Source: Octopus vulgaris (lineage: Eukaryota). From it: DNA of 64,000 nucleotides. Shown one piece after another: positions 60,852 to 64,000 of this stretch. The stretch covers positions 31,868,001 to 31,932,000 of the forward strand of contig OX597825.1 of assembly GCA_951406725.2 (NCBI GenBank), read 5' to 3'. The notes under the pieces are model-generated. The model did not search any database and had not been told where the DNA came from. It saw only the letters and a program-made list of their open reading frames with translations. Numbering within the stretch: the first letter of the stretch is position 1; each line of letters starts with the position of its first letter. The position numbers and the translations under genes are program-made.

Positions 60852-63800
60852 CTTTCAAAGATACCCTTACCATCTTAAAAGAGGAATGAACACATAAGAC
60901 TGTGTACTCTTGGATACTCTTTAAAAGGGCAGTCACTGCTGGAGAACCATTGAATATAGGTTTACTTGCGGCTAAACAACCAGCCTCAATATGATGCATA
61001 TTGGGAATTAATTTTTTTGTTTGCTGGTGAATTCTGAGTAAAAAGTGAAAAGAATAAGCATTTCATAATCAGCATAATTAGTAACCATGGATCTGAGGTA
61101 CATGAGTTAATGGGTTTATACATTCTAGCCATTCTGCTCAGATTTAGAACTGTGGACAAGTGGATGGGTCAACAGTATTCTGTCTCATAAATAGCTAATT
61201 CTTAGTCAAGTTTACAAATAACCTATTAGAAATATTTAAGGAATTTAACCTAAATACCACCATTAAAACAGATTTAAGTACCATTAACTTTTTAAACATA
61301 ACTGTTGTTTTTATAGAAAGCCAAATAAATACTTATTATGTATTGATATTTATAACTCTTATTTACAATTATTAAAAGAAGACATGTAGTCAGTAACATT
61401 AGCAAGAGGTTTGTCTCATATAAGCTGACAAAAAAGATATCTATATGGGTTGTATGGTGTTACAATGATGGACTGAGAAAAGTCAGATTTAAAGAGAAAC
61501 TGGAATAAATATAGACACACACACACACATGTATCATCATCAGTTTAACATCCACTTTTCCACGCTCAACTGTTTCCAGGCAAGGTAATATTTCCCCATG
61601 ACCAGACACAGAACATTGCAAATGGAAGACACTGCTTATATGACAGTGACACTCATTTACAGATGTCACCATCATATAAGATGGTAACACACACGCATAC
61701 CTATATATGTCATCATCATCATCCTTTAATGTTCTTTTTCCAGCACTTGCCCAAATTGTCATGCAGTGGGGCTAAACCCAAAACCATGTGTTTAGAAGGC
61801 AAGCTTCCTACCACACAGCTTTGCTTGCACCTATGCTATACCTGTCTGTGCATGTGATGCAAAAAAATGCATGCTTGTATGTTCAATAACAAAATTCCCA
61901 AGGTACAAGACTCAGTTCCATTAACCTTTTAGCACCATTCTAACATCCAGCATAGCCAGAACTTTCTTAGCATTGATCAGAAACACCTTCCCACTAACTA
62001 TACCTATGTTAACTGTTTGACAAAATCACATAGAAGTTAAGTATAAACAATAAGATCAACAGTGCATCAAGGATCAAGTCAAACCTGCTACTAGAATTTG
62101 ACAACTGTAGCACATTATTCTCTCTACTCAGTGGAAAATACCTCTCCAGGTACAGTTTGTCTGAATGAGCACTCTGTCTGAAATGACAAGAAATTCCACT
62201 ACACTATGGAAGTACATTTGGTGCTTGAAAGATCAAAATTGAGGATTTTCACCAAGCTCCCCTTTTCTTGTGCATGACATCAGGGATAGGCAAGTCTTCA
62301 ACTTTTGTACTCATTAAAAATTTGAACACCACCCCAGTTCTTTGAAGAACATACAAGAACAAAATGTTCTGGCTCATACTGCAGAGAACTTTAAGCTTTG
62401 AGTAATGAGTTGGCTTTATTTTATATATCACATTTCTTCTGTCTTTCTCCTGTTTGTGTAAGTATGTCTATTCTCTCACACACATACAAAATCATTTTTA
62501 CATTCATTTTTCAAAGTGAACAGGATTTTAAAACAATGTCTTATGCCCAGATACCCTTCCTGACACCAAACCATTAGTTACCTTTTATGACATACAAGGA
62601 TATTGTTTATTCCAAAACTTCAGGGATATATACAGATTTGTGTTTGTGTACACACACACACACACTTGTGTAAATATGGCATATATACATGCTCAGGCAT
62701 AGAGATGTATCCTGTAAAGTAATATGTACATGTTAAAATAACTATTGAAAGATAAAGAGAGTTGGTGGAGTAATTCCATTTATAGTTTTGCTATTTTATA
62801 AAATGATTGTTAAAAGTATGGCAAATGGATTGAAGTATTTGATATCATGAGGTTATGATAGTTAAATTAGTAGGTAAAGAAAAATTATCTTGTCATAGTC
62901 CATGGCTTTAGTATGTTACTACTTCTTTGATAAACAAGAAGTAGAGATTTACAAATACTTACAGGTTGAAATCAATGTTATTTTGCTATGAATGCAAATC
63001 TTGTGTGTGTGCGCACATACATTCAAATAGATGCAAGCTCACACACAACAAGTTCCCATGCACACACACTCAGACTTACACATGCATGTGCATATAAGCA
63101 CACTCAATACACATATGCACACAAGAACCACTTTACTGTTAGATCCTAAATTGTTAAAAATAAACTGATCTTGACTGATAATTAAGAGCAGGGATGGTTT
63201 AAGATGATAGGGCAACAGATAAACAAGAGGTTGAAGGTTCAACCTTGGTTGAAGGTTCATGTCATATCATGTCACTATGAGTGTGTATTCCATCTAACTG
63301 CTAAAGACAGACAGCAGAGTAGTTTGCATTGCTGATTCCTGTCCTTCTTATGGGTGTTACCTGAAGATTTACTGGTCTCACTTGGCAGTCAGTAGAGCTA
63401 ATCATTCTTTGATACCAGAGATCATAAAACATCAAAGCAGCAAATCAGCAGAAATCCTTGGAACAATGGATGACAAAATATCTTGCAGGATTTATTCCTG
63501 TTTGTTTGGTCCTGAGACTGTTCACCTTTCATCATTTCGTTGTTCTGTTTCAGGCAGAGGACTGACAGAACTGTGAGATCATTGACCGATAGTTTATTGA
63601 CCCTGCCAGGGGCCAACTATTGGTTTAATTCAAACTGCACATCTCAGCAAATGTTGATCAAATATCTAGATCTATTCCTGCTTTTCTCCATCGTTATAAA
63701 CTTTGTTTTTCTCCGTTTATAAAACTAGTTAAAAACAAAATTGTAGACATAACATGCTGTTTAGTCAGTATTTAAACATTTTGATGTAATGTTAAATGTT

Positions 63801-63859
63801 GTCTTTCTAGTGAGACACTTGTTTTAATGTAGGTATGTATATAATAGTGTGTGTATGTA

Positions 63860-63896
<37 letters not shown>

Positions 63897-64000
63897 TGGG
63901 AATTTAAAGTGTTAAACACTTTTGGTATGCAAATTAGGGAATCCTTCGTAGAGTAACTGCTGCATTTGTTGAGTATATAAACAGTTTGGTTGGCTGTCAG

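Noticed and set aside
62100-62440. Possible DNA-transposase remnant or antisense exon
   Set aside because: A faint FCS.RPK-like impression only; stops in all frames and no termini.
63300-63720. Third DENND4 coding exon (expected GE.PPH.FC...NLN)
   Set aside because: No such peptide seen after 59904; the ORFs here overlap decayed SINE-like sequence. The exon probably lies beyond the window.

Overview
AT-rich, CpG-depleted animal genomic DNA. The SINE, RTE and microsatellite content looks like octopus (cephalopod); this rests on recalled repeat families, not a search. The only host gene I can support is the 5' part of a DENND4/Crag-family Rab-GEF gene on the + strand. It has a first coding exon at 48378-48673 and a second at about 59718-59903 (N-terminal MABP region); the rest of the window is probably intron or upstream sequence. 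That sequence is dense with mobile-element remains: a decayed mariner, an old L1/Tx1 LINE split by a younger RTE LINE, three more RTE relics, hAT and TTAA MITEs, several tRNA-derived SINE families and many microsatellites. Points of note: (1) a tRNA-headed element flanked by inverted arms that each carry a minimal hammerhead-ribozyme-like motif (36362-36769), plus a second, different hammerhead module at 54175-54209; (2) the second DENND4 coding exon lacks an in-frame AG acceptor; (3) a 52-bp fold-back at the 5' end of the young RTE, whose RT carries an inserted PHD finger; (4) SINE heads and LINE-derived tails recombined between families. I found no prokaryotic, CRISPR-like or intact autonomous element. 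Boundaries of decayed repeats are approximate.
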